NCBI GenBank assembly: GCA_035403145.1
Contig: DAONEO010000004.1
Span: 46,816-110,815, forward strand
DNA from: Candidatus Omnitrophota bacterium
GTDB taxonomy: Bacteria; Omnitrophota; Gorgyraeia; Gygaellales; Profunditerraquicolaceae
Direction of reading: 5' to 3'
Length of the DNA: 64,000 nucleotides
Shown: positions 1-9,576 of the stretch, piece after piece
How the letters are laid out: every line of letters starts with the position of its first letter
Position numbering within the stretch: the first letter of the stretch is position 1
Position numbers and translations under genes: made by a program
The notes under the pieces: generated by a model
The model's input: the letters and a program-made list of their open reading frames with translations, nothing else
Told to the model about the DNA's origin: nothing
Database searches by the model: none

Positions 1-1
1 A

Positions 2-337
2 CGAAAAGCAGTACAGGAAGCAGGCCCGCAACTTTTAGAGCCGGTTATGGAAGCAACCATTACGATCCCCGATGATTCTCTCGGCGCGATAACAGGCGAT
101 ATTAATTCGCGGCGCGGCCGTATGATAGGGATGGATGTGAGGGCGCATACACACATTATAAAGGCAAACGTTCCGCTTACGGAGATGTTTGCTTATGCGA
201 ATGATTTACGATCTCTGACGGGCGGCCGGGGGGTGTATATCATGCGTTTTAGTCATTATGAAGTAATGCCGCAAAAACAGGCTCAGAGTATCATGGGCGC
301 GTATCAGGCGGCCAAGAAACACGACATCGAAATCTAG
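2..337 (+). CDS. fusA: Elongation factor G family, C-terminal fragment; the 5' end lies outside the window
   Basis: The frame is open from position 2. The translation ...ANVPLTEMFAYANDLRSLTGGRGVYIMRFSHYEVMP matches the conserved EF-G domain V / C-terminal region. Whether this is EF-G proper or an EF-G2 paralog cannot be decided. Confidence 0.7.
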   Translation, partial: RKAVQEAGPQLLEPVMEATITIPDDSLGAITGDINSRRGRMIGMDVRAHTHIIKANVPLTEMFAYANDLRSLTGGRGVYIMRFSHYEVMPQKQAQSIMGAYQAAKKHDIEI

Positions 338-568
338 CCGTTAAGACCGCGCGTACTAGTTCATGCTTCATGGCCCAAGGTTTAAAGCTTGAATTCCGTT
401 AGAAGCGGGTATCACCATTCGCATAACTACGAACTGCCATTGAACAGTGTGCGTTGAACTAGCGTGTGACCGTATGACGTTGTAACTTCCGCGGGTTTTT
501 GCGCATACGACCAATCTAGAAATCATAAACAAAGGATGTATTATCTAACCCTATGAAAGGAATACCCA

Positions 569-1270
569 ATGAAAGTATGCGTTTTTGCTATCGCCGAACT
601 GCAACCGGGAAAGAAGAATGTTAAAGACAGCCGTCTTGATCAGGCGGATTCATTTGTCAAAGCTAAGAAAAGGACGTATATCCAGATTGATCTTGTCGGA
701 GAAGATAAAATCCTTGAAGCGGATTCCGTTCTTATCTTGAAAGAGAACCGCACGGATTTAATTTTAGCGGATCTCGATTTTGTGGAGACGCGTCTTTCCC
801 GTGCGACCGAGGATAATGAAAAAAACCTGCTTTCGAAAATGAAAGCATCGCTTGAAAAGGAGGAGTTTCTTTCTACCCTGACGTTTACCGACGCCGAAAA
901 AGCGCTGATGGCTAGTTATAATATTGTTACGCACAAGCCGGTTGTTTTGGCTGAAAAGGCGGAACTTGAAAATGAGAATGATCTTTTGAGCCGTGCGGTC
1001 AAGGAGAGCGGGTATACGAGTTTCTTTACCGTCGGTGATAAAGAGACCAGGGCATGGTTGATTAAAAAAGGCACGACTGCGCATGAGGCGGCCGGCGCGA
1101 TCCATTCCGATATCCAGAAAGGTTTTATCCGCGCCGAAATTATCGGCTTTGATGATTATATGAAAGCAGGCGGAGAAGTCCCTGCTAAACAGGCGGGTAA
1201 ACTGCATTCCGAGCAAAAAGAATACATTATGCAGGATTGCGATATTGTTAATTTCCGGTTTAATAAATAA
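569..1270 (+). CDS. YchF/Obg-family-like protein with a degenerate G domain; the YchF C-terminal TGS/DUF933 domain is retained
   Basis: The C-terminus FFTVGDKETRAWLIKKGTTAHEAAGAIHSDIQKGFIRAEIIGFDDYM...EYIMQDCDIVNFRFN matches the YchF TGS domain. The N-terminus MKVCVFAIAELQPGKKN aligns to the YchF P-loop (CGIVGLPNVGKST) but has lost GxxxxGKS/T. The protein is 233 aa versus about 363 for YchF, and the switch regions are deleted. Confidence 0.6.
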   Translation: MKVCVFAIAELQPGKKNVKDSRLDQADSFVKAKKRTYIQIDLVGEDKILEADSVLILKENRTDLILADLDFVETRLSRATEDNEKNLLSKMKASLEKEEFLSTLTFTDAEKALMASYNIVTHKPVVLAEKAELENENDLLSRAVKESGYTSFFTVGDKETRAWLIKKGTTAHEAAGAIHSDIQKGFIRAEIIGFDDYMKAGGEVPAKQAGKLHSEQKEYIMQDCDIVNFRFNK

Positions 1271-1337
1271 GAGTTTGGTATCGGTATGATGATGGGGGAT
1301 ACTTCCGGTTATCTTTTCGGGAATACCATATAACGAT

Positions 1338-2789
1338 ATGTCCGGCCAACGTATTTGCAGCTTCATCCTTGGGATTGTCATTATCGGTAAGCTTTGCGGG
1401 GTTTGGTATGGGTTTGATCGATTACCGCTGGTGACAAACACCGATGAATATTGGTTCAGCCAAGCGCCTCTTGCAATGAGTCGAGGAGAGGGGCTTGTGA
1501 TGAAGAGTATGACAGGGGTAATGAACCTGGACAAATACTATGCCTTGCACCCTCCGGTTTATCTTTTAACCCAGGCAGCCGTTTTCCGTATGGCTGGTTT
1601 TTCACCGCTGACCTTGCGCGGTGTCAGCATCCTTTGTTTTAGCGCATGCATGTTCTTTGTTATCCTGTTGTTTTATCGCCTTAAGAAAGCGCGGATTTTT
1701 GATGCGTTCGCTTTTTGGATGGCAACACTGCTTTTTTTATCCGACCCCGTAACGTTTACTATTGCGCGTTCGGGACGAAGCGATATGCTTGGTTTTGTTT
1801 TGGGAGTTGCCGCATTTTTACCGGTCATTTCCAGCCGCGGCATACGTACAACGCTGCTTCCATGGATAGGAGGGGCTTTTTTAATAGGCGCGGCACTTGC
1901 AACCCATGTGGAATTTGTGTTGTTTTGGGCAGTCTATAGCAGCATTGCCTATCTTAGTATACGCAAAAAAAGTTTTTTTGCTCTTGTTGTAAGTATCCCC
2001 CTTCTTGTCTATCTCGGGTTATGGGTCATGGTGTATCAAGTCAATACGTTTGGCGCCTTGCAACAGTTTTTTCGGCACGTGTTTTTAAAAACGGATTTCT
2101 CATGTAATCCGTTTCTTTCTTTTTTCTTCGGTTCATTGCAGGGGTGGGTGTTTTTTTTATTCGCAGTTATTTTTGTTATGTGCACGGCGATACTATCACG
2201 CGTTTGGTATGTCTTCTCGCATAAGGACGATACATGCACATATCTCCGGCGCCGGCTTTTTTTTGTCTCGGTTTTTACCGGTATCAGTATTGCGTATGTG
2301 TGTACCGTGACCGGATGTTCGGTTTATCGGGGCCTTGTTGTTATGCCGATTCTGCTTTTTTGTTTTGGTGTCGCGATTTCGTATATTCGCCTTCCGTATA
2401 GGCGCTTGATAGCGGTTGTTGTCGGCGCACTCATTGTGACCGGCTTGGTGGGGCACGTCTTGTATCTTTCCCGTTTACCCGTGGAGTGGCGCCAGCGGGA
2501 TCCGCAAAGATTTGCTTCTCTGGTGACGAGTATTCCTACCCAGGCAAAGATTGTTACTGTTTCCAGCTTGTGGTATGCGTTAGAATCATCAGGTCATAGG
2601 AATGTCAGTATTATTGATCTGGCTTTTCCTGAAGACAGGAAATTCTGGGAGAAGAATCGGGATACGTTAGCCTCATTCGATGTTATACTATTGCCTTCGG
2701 ACCATCCGTTGCTCCCATCGCTTATCGCCGTACAAAGGGGGCATGAAACGGTAGTGGTTGGGAAAGAGATTTTTTACATATTCCGGTAG
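1338..2789 (+). CDS. Polytopic membrane glycosyltransferase, GT-C fold (ArnT/PMT-like, GT39/GT83-type)
   Basis: The protein has more than 10 predicted TM segments. A TNTDEYWFSQAPL loop after TM1 resembles the DE-x-Y acidic motif of ArnT/PMT family transferases, and the C-terminal domain is soluble. Confidence 0.45.
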   Translation: MSGQRICSFILGIVIIGKLCGVWYGFDRLPLVTNTDEYWFSQAPLAMSRGEGLVMKSMTGVMNLDKYYALHPPVYLLTQAAVFRMAGFSPLTLRGVSILCFSACMFFVILLFYRLKKARIFDAFAFWMATLLFLSDPVTFTIARSGRSDMLGFVLGVAAFLPVISSRGIRTTLLPWIGGAFLIGAALATHVEFVLFWAVYSSIAYLSIRKKSFFALVVSIPLLVYLGLWVMVYQVNTFGALQQFFRHVFLKTDFSCNPFLSFFFGSLQGWVFFLFAVIFVMCTAILSRVWYVFSHKDDTCTYLRRRLFFVSVFTGISIAYVCTVTGCSVYRGLVVMPILLFCFGVAISYIRLPYRRLIAVVVGALIVTGLVGHVLYLSRLPVEWRQRDPQRFASLVTSIPTQAKIVTVSSLWYALESSGHRNVSIIDLAFPEDRKFWEKNRDTLASFDVILLPSDHPLLPSLIAVQRGHETVVVGKEIFYIFR

Positions 2790-2830
2790 CATTTGGTAGC
2801 TCCGCGGTATTATTTTTAATGGAGGGTTCC

Positions 2831-4387
2831 ATGATTAAAATGAAGCGTGCGTTGATAAGCGTGTCCGATAAGACCGGCATCCTTGAATTGGTCAAGTCCT
2901 TGCAGAAATATGACATCGAAATTATTTCAACCGGCGGTACGGCAAAGATGTTACGCGATAATAACATCCCGGTTAAAGACGTTTCTGAATATACCGGTTT
3001 TCCTGAAATGCTTGATGGCCGCGTGAAAACACTGCATCCGAAGATCCATGGGGGGCTTCTTGCAGTGCGTTCGAACCAGGGACATATGCAGAGCCTGGAG
3101 AGTCACGGTATCGGGCTTATTGATATGGTGGTGGTTAATTTATATCCGTTTGAGAAAACTATTGCTAAGCCGAACGTCAGCATCGAAGAGGTGATAGAAA
3201 ATATTGATATCGGGGGCCCCAGCATGTTACGTTCAGCGGCAAAAAATGCAGGAAGCGTTGCGGTTGTTTGTGACCCCGAGCGTTACACCCAGATCATCGA
3301 TGAATTGGGGAAACATAACGGAAGCCTTCCCGAGAGCTTACTGCGTCAATTGGGCATTGAAGCGTATAAACTGACCAGCCACTATGATAGCGTTATTCAC
3401 CGGTATTTAAAAAACCATTTTTATCCCGAGTTCCACAGCGGAATGCCGCAGGAGATGGATATATCATTTACGAAAGTCCAGGATTTACGGTATGGTGAGA
3501 ATCCCCACCAGAAAGCCGCTTTTTATCGCGATGCCGGTAAACTTACGGGTTTGTCGACGATAAAACAGCTTTGGGGGAAAGAGCTTTCATTTAATAATAT
3601 TCTCGATTTAAACGCGGCAGTGAACATTGTCCAAGAATTCGTATTACCCGCGGTCGTTTTTGTCAAACACAATAATCCCTGCGGGGCGGCGGAAAATAAG
3701 AGTATCTATAAGGCGTATACCGATGCCTGGCAGTGTGACGCGCTTTCTGCGTTTGGCGGTATTGTAAGCCTGAATCGTGAGATTGATCTGCGTTTGGCAA
3801 AACTCATCGCACAAAGCGGTTTTTTAGAGTGTATTATCTGCCCGCGTTTTGCTCCTGACGCTCTTGCGCTTTTGAAAGCGAAGAAGAATGTCCGTCTTCT
3901 CGAATTACCGGCATTAACAGAGAGGGTCATCCAGTCTGATTATAAACGCGTTGCCGGAGGGTTTCTGGTGCAGGATGAAGATACGGCACTGTATGACGAA
4001 AAGTCGTTTACGGTTGTTACACGGAAAAAACCGACTAAAAAAGAAATGGATAGTCTTTTGTTTGCCTGGAAAGTAGCAAAATATGTGAAGTCGAACGCGA
4101 TTGTTTTAGTACAGGATAGGCGAACCGTTGGTATTGGCGCGGGGCAAACGTCGCGTGTTGATTCGGTTTTTATCGCGACGAGAAAGGCGGGAAAATCAGC
4201 GCGGGCTTCTGTACTGGCGTCCGACGCATTCTTTCCGAAAGAAGATGGTATCAAACTTGCTGCACGTTTCAAAGTACGGGCTATCATTCAGCCGGGCGGC
4301 TCGATTGCTGATGAAAAGATTATTGCAGTTGCTAATCGATATGAGATCCCCATGGTTTTTACCGGCATGCGGCATTTTCGTCACTAA
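2831..4387 (+). CDS. purH: Bifunctional AICAR transformylase / IMP cyclohydrolase
   Basis: MKRALISVSDKTGILELVKSL...KTLHPKIHGGLL is the classic PurH MGS-like N-terminal domain, and the protein is PurH-sized at about 520 aa. A GGAGGG lies upstream. The start could be ATG 2831 or 2840; the ORF itself opens at 2819. Confidence 0.9.
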   Translation: MIKMKRALISVSDKTGILELVKSLQKYDIEIISTGGTAKMLRDNNIPVKDVSEYTGFPEMLDGRVKTLHPKIHGGLLAVRSNQGHMQSLESHGIGLIDMVVVNLYPFEKTIAKPNVSIEEVIENIDIGGPSMLRSAAKNAGSVAVVCDPERYTQIIDELGKHNGSLPESLLRQLGIEAYKLTSHYDSVIHRYLKNHFYPEFHSGMPQEMDISFTKVQDLRYGENPHQKAAFYRDAGKLTGLSTIKQLWGKELSFNNILDLNAAVNIVQEFVLPAVVFVKHNNPCGAAENKSIYKAYTDAWQCDALSAFGGIVSLNREIDLRLAKLIAQSGFLECIICPRFAPDALALLKAKKNVRLLELPALTERVIQSDYKRVAGGFLVQDEDTALYDEKSFTVVTRKKPTKKEMDSLLFAWKVAKYVKSNAIVLVQDRRTVGIGAGQTSRVDSVFIATRKAGKSARASVLASDAFFPKEDGIKLAARFKVRAIIQPGGSIADEKIIAVANRYEIPMVFTGMRHFRH

Positions 4388-4426
4388 TCATTTTTGTTCT
4401 TCAGAGGTTTTTATAGTGTGTGCGGC

Positions 4427-5770
4427 ATGACATATAAACAGGCGATAGCGTATATAGAATCATTCGTTAATTACGAGAAGGTTTCTTGCTGGTCATATAA
4501 AAAATCCCTGAAGCTTGAGCGCTTGAGGGATTTTTTATCATGCATCGGTAATCCGCATGAGTCATTGTTTGTGGTGCATGTTGCCGGTTCTAAAGGCAAA
4601 GGTTCGACGTGCGCCTCGATTGCGTATATACTCCGTGCGGCCGGCTTTGTAACCGGGCTTTATACGTCGCCGCACCTGGTAAGTTTTCGCGAGCGAATCA
4701 GGATTTTGAAGCCGGGTAAATTGGCGGGGGACGATTTTGAAGGGATGATTCCACCGTCGCAGCTGATTGCAACGATTGAACGCCTGGCCCCGTCTATAAA
4801 CCGGTTTTGCCGTCAATCCCGCTTTGGCCCTCTTTCGTTTTTTGAAGTCTATACGGCGGTGGCATTCGAATATTTCCGGCAGCGGCATGTTGATTGTGTG
4901 GTTTTGGAGACGGGTATGGGGGGACGGCTTGATGCGACCAATGTTGTTGCAAGCCCGGTGCAAGTTATTACTTCGTTGAGTTACGAACATACGGATAAAC
5001 TCGGCACGACCCTGGCAGCAATTGCGTATGAGAAGGCGGGTATTATCAAGCCAGGCGCACTCGTTGTCACGGCGCCTCAAAAACAGGAAGCTTTGCGGGT
5101 CATTGAGGCAACCTGTCGTCGATTAGGGAGCCGTTTATGGCGCTTCGGTGAAGAGATTACGGTTGTACGCGAACAAGGGAGGAAATTTTCCGTTGTAACC
5201 GAGAAACACAGGTACACGGGTTTGCGGACTCGCCTGGAAGGTGAGCACCAGATTGAAAATGCTGCCGTTGCTGTTGCGGCGGTTGAAGCGTTGCGCCGGC
5301 GCGGGGTTTTGATACGCAATGCTGCGGTGCGCGCAGGGTTGTCTGCAACAGTCTGGCCGGGCAGATGTGAAATTATTGCGCGCCAACCGTTTGTTGTTCT
5401 TGATGGCGCTCACAATAGCGCTTCATCCGCATGTTTACGCACGGTGCTTGAAAAATATGCAATGAACCGGCGGAGAATCCTTGTTATTGGTGTTTCTGAC
5501 GACAAAGATATTGCAGGTATCTGTCGGCATCTGGTGCCGTCTATGGATACGGTTATTGTGACCAGATCGCAGAACCCGCGTGCCGCTTCGTGCGCGCGCA
5601 TAGAAGAGGTCATTCGAAAAATGATACATCCCGGATGTGCCGTAGTCAGTACTGATTCCGTACGTCAGGCTAAAAAAACTGCGTTTAGGTTGGCGCGAAA
5701 GCGCGACATGATTATTGTTACCGGTTCGTTATTTGTTGTGGGAGAATTCCGCCGTGAAATTACCGCATAA
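4427..5770 (+). CDS. folC: Folylpolyglutamate synthase / dihydrofolate synthase (Mur ligase family)
   Basis: VHVAGSKGKGSTCASIAYIL is the Mur-ligase P-loop and ...TSPHLVSFRERI is FolC-like. Alternative starts are TTG 4394 and GTG 4418. Confidence 0.85.
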   Translation: MTYKQAIAYIESFVNYEKVSCWSYKKSLKLERLRDFLSCIGNPHESLFVVHVAGSKGKGSTCASIAYILRAAGFVTGLYTSPHLVSFRERIRILKPGKLAGDDFEGMIPPSQLIATIERLAPSINRFCRQSRFGPLSFFEVYTAVAFEYFRQRHVDCVVLETGMGGRLDATNVVASPVQVITSLSYEHTDKLGTTLAAIAYEKAGIIKPGALVVTAPQKQEALRVIEATCRRLGSRLWRFGEEITVVREQGRKFSVVTEKHRYTGLRTRLEGEHQIENAAVAVAAVEALRRRGVLIRNAAVRAGLSATVWPGRCEIIARQPFVVLDGAHNSASSACLRTVLEKYAMNRRRILVIGVSDDKDIAGICRHLVPSMDTVIVTRSQNPRAASCARIEEVIRKMIHPGCAVVSTDSVRQAKKTAFRLARKRDMIIVTGSLFVVGEFRREITA

Positions 5771-7136
5771 TACAGACACAATCGTTGCCATGGCAACAGG
5801 AGCCGGTGATGCCGGTATTGGCATTATCCGCATGAGCGGCGATAAAGCGCTGGCTATTGCCGATGCGTTATTTGTTGCAGCCAACGGTAAAAAAGCATCG
5901 TCGTTTAAAACCTACACCGTTCATTTTGGCTGGGTGAAAGATTCCAATGAAATAATCGATGAAGTGCTGGTGACTGTGATGCGGGCTCCGCGTTCGTATA
6001 CCAGGGAAGATGTTGTTGAAATCAATACGCATGGCGGCATTATCGCTATGCGCCGCGTACTTGAGTTGGCGTTGGCACGAGGTTGCCGTCTTGCAGAACC
6101 GGGAGAATTTACCAAAAGGGCTTTTTTAAACGGCAGGATTGATTTAGCGCAGGCCGAGGCAGTACTTGATATTATGAGGGCACAATCGGATGCTGCTTTG
6201 CGTGTGAGTATGGGGCAGTTAGAAGGCGCGCTTTCTTCAGAGATTTCCGCTATTCGCAATACTATCCTTGAAGCTCTGGCGCCGCTTGAAGCAATGATTG
6301 ATTTTCCTGATGAAGAGATCGGAGCTGTTGAAACGCGTCAGGCGCGGCTTCTTGTGCGGCAGGCATCCGAGCGCTTGTCCCGGTTGTTGAAAACAACTTC
6401 CTATGGCGCAGTCCTGCGTCAGGGGCTTCACGTTGTTATTTGCGGCTGTCCGAATGTCGGTAAATCATCCTTGTTAAATGCGCTTGTACGCAGGGAGCGT
6501 TCAATTGTTACGTCGGTTGCCGGAACAACGCGGGATACTATTGAAGAAATTATTGATATCCGCGGGATCCCCGTTCGTATTGTTGATACAGCCGGTATTC
6601 TTGCGCCGCGCAATTTGGTTGAGAAAAAAGCTGTGCACCGAGCCAAGCATCAGATTGCAATGGCTGATTTAGTGCTTCTTATCTTTGACGGGAGCCGTCC
6701 TCTGAGGCTGTCCGACCGGTTGTTGATAAAAACGTGTAGAAAGAAATCCGTATGTGCGGTCGTGAACAAAATTGATTTACGTCAACGTATTGATACGCAG
6801 TATTTAGTCAAGCATTTCGGCTCATGTATAGCGTTATCTGCACGGAAAGGAAAACATATCAACCTGCTTGAAGACGCGATAGCCGAGCGGGTTTTACAGG
6901 GAACAGTGGTTGCGGGAGAATCCGTCGTGGTGACGAATGCCCGCCATGGGGCAATTCTTAGGAAGACCCAAAAATGTATTGCAGAGTCACTCGTTTCATT
7001 AGATAATAACCTATCGTTAGAATTTGTAACGCAGGATTTGAAAGAATCCGTGCGTTCTCTTGATCAGCTCCTGGGGAAGGAGTTTTCCGAAGATCTGTTG
7101 GAAAGGATCTTCGGCGATTTTTGCATCGGGAAGTAA
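5754..7136 (+). CDS. mnmE: tRNA modification GTPase MnmE
   Basis: DTIVAMATGAGDAGIGIIRMSG is the MnmE N-terminal domain. The G domain carries GCPNVGKSSLLNAL and DTAG, and the C-terminal ...CIGK is the MnmE signature. A GTG start at 5754 is preceded by GGGAGA and overlaps the folC end by 17 nt; the ORF opens at 5715. Confidence 0.9.
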   Translation: MKLPHNTDTIVAMATGAGDAGIGIIRMSGDKALAIADALFVAANGKKASSFKTYTVHFGWVKDSNEIIDEVLVTVMRAPRSYTREDVVEINTHGGIIAMRRVLELALARGCRLAEPGEFTKRAFLNGRIDLAQAEAVLDIMRAQSDAALRVSMGQLEGALSSEISAIRNTILEALAPLEAMIDFPDEEIGAVETRQARLLVRQASERLSRLLKTTSYGAVLRQGLHVVICGCPNVGKSSLLNALVRRERSIVTSVAGTTRDTIEEIIDIRGIPVRIVDTAGILAPRNLVEKKAVHRAKHQIAMADLVLLIFDGSRPLRLSDRLLIKTCRKKSVCAVVNKIDLRQRIDTQYLVKHFGSCIALSARKGKHINLLEDAIAERVLQGTVVAGESVVVTNARHGAILRKTQKCIAESLVSLDNNLSLEFVTQDLKESVRSLDQLLGKEFSEDLLERIFGDFCIGK

Positions 7137-7217
7137 GATGTTTCTTCCGCTTGAAAATTCCCGGAGGAATTTTTTCGCACGCGCGGAATGACGCTCAATA
7201 AAAACGTAAGGTGCCCC

Positions 7218-7775
7218 ATGAATAAAAAAAAGATCGAAAAAGCAGTGCGTGATATCCTGGAAGCGATCGGAGAAAATCCCCGTCGTCAGGATTTGTTGGA
7301 AACCCCGCGACGCGTTGCCGAAATGTACGAAGAAATCTTCGCCGGGCTTATCGTTGATCCGGAGAAGGAACTCGAAGTTATCCTCGACCAGAAGCACGAC
7401 GAAATAATCCTGTTAAAAAATATCCCCCTGTATTCAATCTGCGAGCATCATTTAGTCCCTTTCTTCGGGAAGGCCTTTGTCGCCTATATTCCCAATCAGG
7501 GGCGGGTAACCGGGTTAAGTAAATTGGCGCGCGTTGTTGATGCGTTGGCGCATAGGCCGCAAGTCCAGGAACGTTTGACTTCGCAGATCGCCGAACTTAT
7601 CATGAAAAAACTTAAACCCCGTGGATGCATGGTGGTTATTGAAGCCGAACATATGTGTATGTCGATGCGGGGCGTTAAGAAACCGGGGACATTAACGGTT
7701 ACCAGCGCAGTGCGCGGAATTTTTCAGAAAAGTGAGAAAACTCGCGCCGAGACATTGGCCCTTATGAAAATGTAA
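7218..7775 (+). CDS. folE: GTP cyclohydrolase I
   Basis: [19 protein letters not shown] and ...LSKLARVVD are conserved FolE motifs. An AAGGTG RBS precedes ATG 7218; the ORF opens at 7188. Confidence 0.88.
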   Translation: MNKKKIEKAVRDILEAIGENPRRQDLLETPRRVAEMYEEIFAGLIVDPEKELEVILDQKHDEIILLKNIPLYSICEHHLVPFFGKAFVAYIPNQGRVTGLSKLARVVDALAHRPQVQERLTSQIAELIMKKLKPRGCMVVIEAEHMCMSMRGVKKPGTLTVTSAVRGIFQKSEKTRAETLALMKM

Positions 7776-7801
7776 TTGCTTTATTAAAGGAGAGCAGATC
7801 A

Positions 7802-8998
7802 GTGAAAAAAATTGCTGCGATAATTTTAGCATGTTCCTTCCTGGCAGGATGCGCAACCTATAAATTTGCTCCCGGGAAAGATCCATACGATAAAGGATAT
7901 GTTGCTTCGCGTGATGGCTATGCTATTCCGGAATATACTGTTGGAAAAGATAACGGTGTGCCTGATAATTTAGCGCTTGCCAAGGAGCGTTTTAAGCGAC
8001 GCCGTACCATGGTTGAATATTACTATAAGAAGATGGGGTATATTGAAAATCGTTTCCGGGAACAGGTTTGGGATCGCGGTGCGCTGATGCTTAAGTTTAT
8101 GGCTGCTCCGTTACGGCTGCCGTTTGTCGCGGTTGATAATTATCGTTACGAACATAATAGCGACTATCGGAGACGCGTGCAGGAAAAACAGGATGAGGGT
8201 GATTTAAAAGAAGAAGTACGTGTTTCTAAGATCAAAGAGACCTTGAAACAATATATCCTTCAAGATATGGCACACGAAGACGGGCTCCCCGTGCCTATCG
8301 AGAAGTCTGTGAAAAAGGCGCGGCCTGGTATAAAAAAAGTAGCAAAGAAAGCGGTTAAGAAAACAAAACAAAAAGAATCTGTGCGGGATATAGTATCTCC
8401 TGCGGCAGCGGAAGAAAGATCCGTTTCAACTCCTGCTCTTGCACCGGTTGCCGGAACAAAAACTCCGGAGGCAGTACAGGAGAATACCGTTACGCCGGCA
8501 TTACCAGCAGCGCTTGATGAGACACGGGCCCCAGACTTGGTGCAAGAAACTCCTGCTGTTTCTGCACCAGAGCCAGCTGCTGCAGAAAATAAAGCGCCTG
8601 TTGTGCAACAGGGGTCTGTTGCTACTCCTTCTGCCCCGGTCCAAACGCCGGCACCTCTGGCAAAACCGGTTAAAACTAAGAAAGCCATACAACAAGAATC
8701 GCGTAAAGTCTCCCGTCAGCCGGGGAATATCACGGCGATCATATCCGCTCACCCGATTACCGGCGCATCGCCTTTAAAAGTACGTTTTCGCGGCGATGCA
8801 TCCCGTTCTGATCTGGGTCGTATTATTTCTTATGAATGGGATTTTGGCGATGGAGATACCTCTGTCCTGAGGAATCCGTCGAATACCTATTGGAGCACAC
8901 TTTTCGGGATTAAGACCTTTACCGTTATATTAACGGTGCGGGATGACGCGGGGAATGTTGCTACCGCGACACAGGCAATCGACGTCATCAATAACTAG
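7802..8998 (+). CDS. Lipoprotein with a Pro/Ala/Val-rich linker and a C-terminal PKD-like domain
   Basis: A GTG start follows AAAGGAGAG. The signal peptide and lipobox read MKKIAAIILACSFLAGC. The middle is low-complexity PAxxP repeats. The C-terminus YEWDFGDGDTS...NPSNTY...ILTVRDDAGNVATAT resembles a PKD domain. Confidence 0.6.
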   Translation: MKKIAAIILACSFLAGCATYKFAPGKDPYDKGYVASRDGYAIPEYTVGKDNGVPDNLALAKERFKRRRTMVEYYYKKMGYIENRFREQVWDRGALMLKFMAAPLRLPFVAVDNYRYEHNSDYRRRVQEKQDEGDLKEEVRVSKIKETLKQYILQDMAHEDGLPVPIEKSVKKARPGIKKVAKKAVKKTKQKESVRDIVSPAAAEERSVSTPALAPVAGTKTPEAVQENTVTPALPAALDETRAPDLVQETPAVSAPEPAAAENKAPVVQQGSVATPSAPVQTPAPLAKPVKTKKAIQQESRKVSRQPGNITAIISAHPITGASPLKVRFRGDASRSDLGRIISYEWDFGDGDTSVLRNPSNTYWSTLFGIKTFTVILTVRDDAGNVATATQAIDVINN

Positions 8999-9013
8999 CC
9001 CTTGTTTTAAAGT

Positions 9014-9406
9014 ATGGTTCCTCCCTACCGCGAATCCGAAAGAAGAAAATTCAAACGTCTTGCCGTCAATTTTATCGTTATTTATCGGGTCCATCAGCCG
9101 TTCGAAGTGATTATGATTGTTGGTACCCGGGAAGTCAGTGCGATGATGATTGATTTGAGCCAAGGGGGGATGGCATTGATGACAGAATATGACATTCCTC
9201 CTGATGCGCGTCTTTTGTTGTGTTTTACGCTTATCAACCCGTATGGCGTGACTGCGGATCGCGTTGCGACGATGGAACTTGAAGGAGATGTCCGGTATAA
9301 TGTTGCGCTTGGTAAAAAAGAGCATCGTTTGGGCATTTGTTTTCGAGATGTTTCTCAGTCAGATCAACACGCAATAGCTTCATTTATCCGGCTGTCCCAT
9401 CAATAA
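9014..9406 (+). CDS. PilZ domain protein (c-di-GMP-binding family)
   Basis: ERRKFKRL is the RxxxR motif and DLSQGGMAL is the D/NxSxxG motif, both about 40 residues apart as in PilZ domains. Confidence 0.6.
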   Translation: MVPPYRESERRKFKRLAVNFIVIYRVHQPFEVIMIVGTREVSAMMIDLSQGGMALMTEYDIPPDARLLLCFTLINPYGVTADRVATMELEGDVRYNVALGKKEHRLGICFRDVSQSDQHAIASFIRLSHQ

Positions 9407-9576
9407 TATGCTGTTGACCGGGCAGCGTTTGTTCATCGCCGGTGAAAAGTTCATAATTAAAAGCGTGCGCGCCAAAAAAGTTCCGTATCCAGCATCAGTC
9501 AGAAAAATATTTTTTGCAAGCGGCGTTCTATAGGGACGGGAATATATAGTTTGAGGGGTATGCGGTTTTTAGCGCT

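Noticed and set aside
764-1534. A 256-aa minus-strand ORF
   Set aside because: It is antisense to the YchF-like gene and the start of the glycosyltransferase gene, and it has no motif support.
3706-4387. Several antisense and alternate-frame ORFs inside purH
   Set aside because: PurH homology covers the whole region in the + frame. The others have no support.
8260-8777. Overlapping ORFs in both orientations inside the lipoprotein gene
   Set aside because: They are produced by the GC/Pro-Ala-rich low-complexity linker of the lipoprotein. The surrounding PKD-lipoprotein frame is the coherent one.
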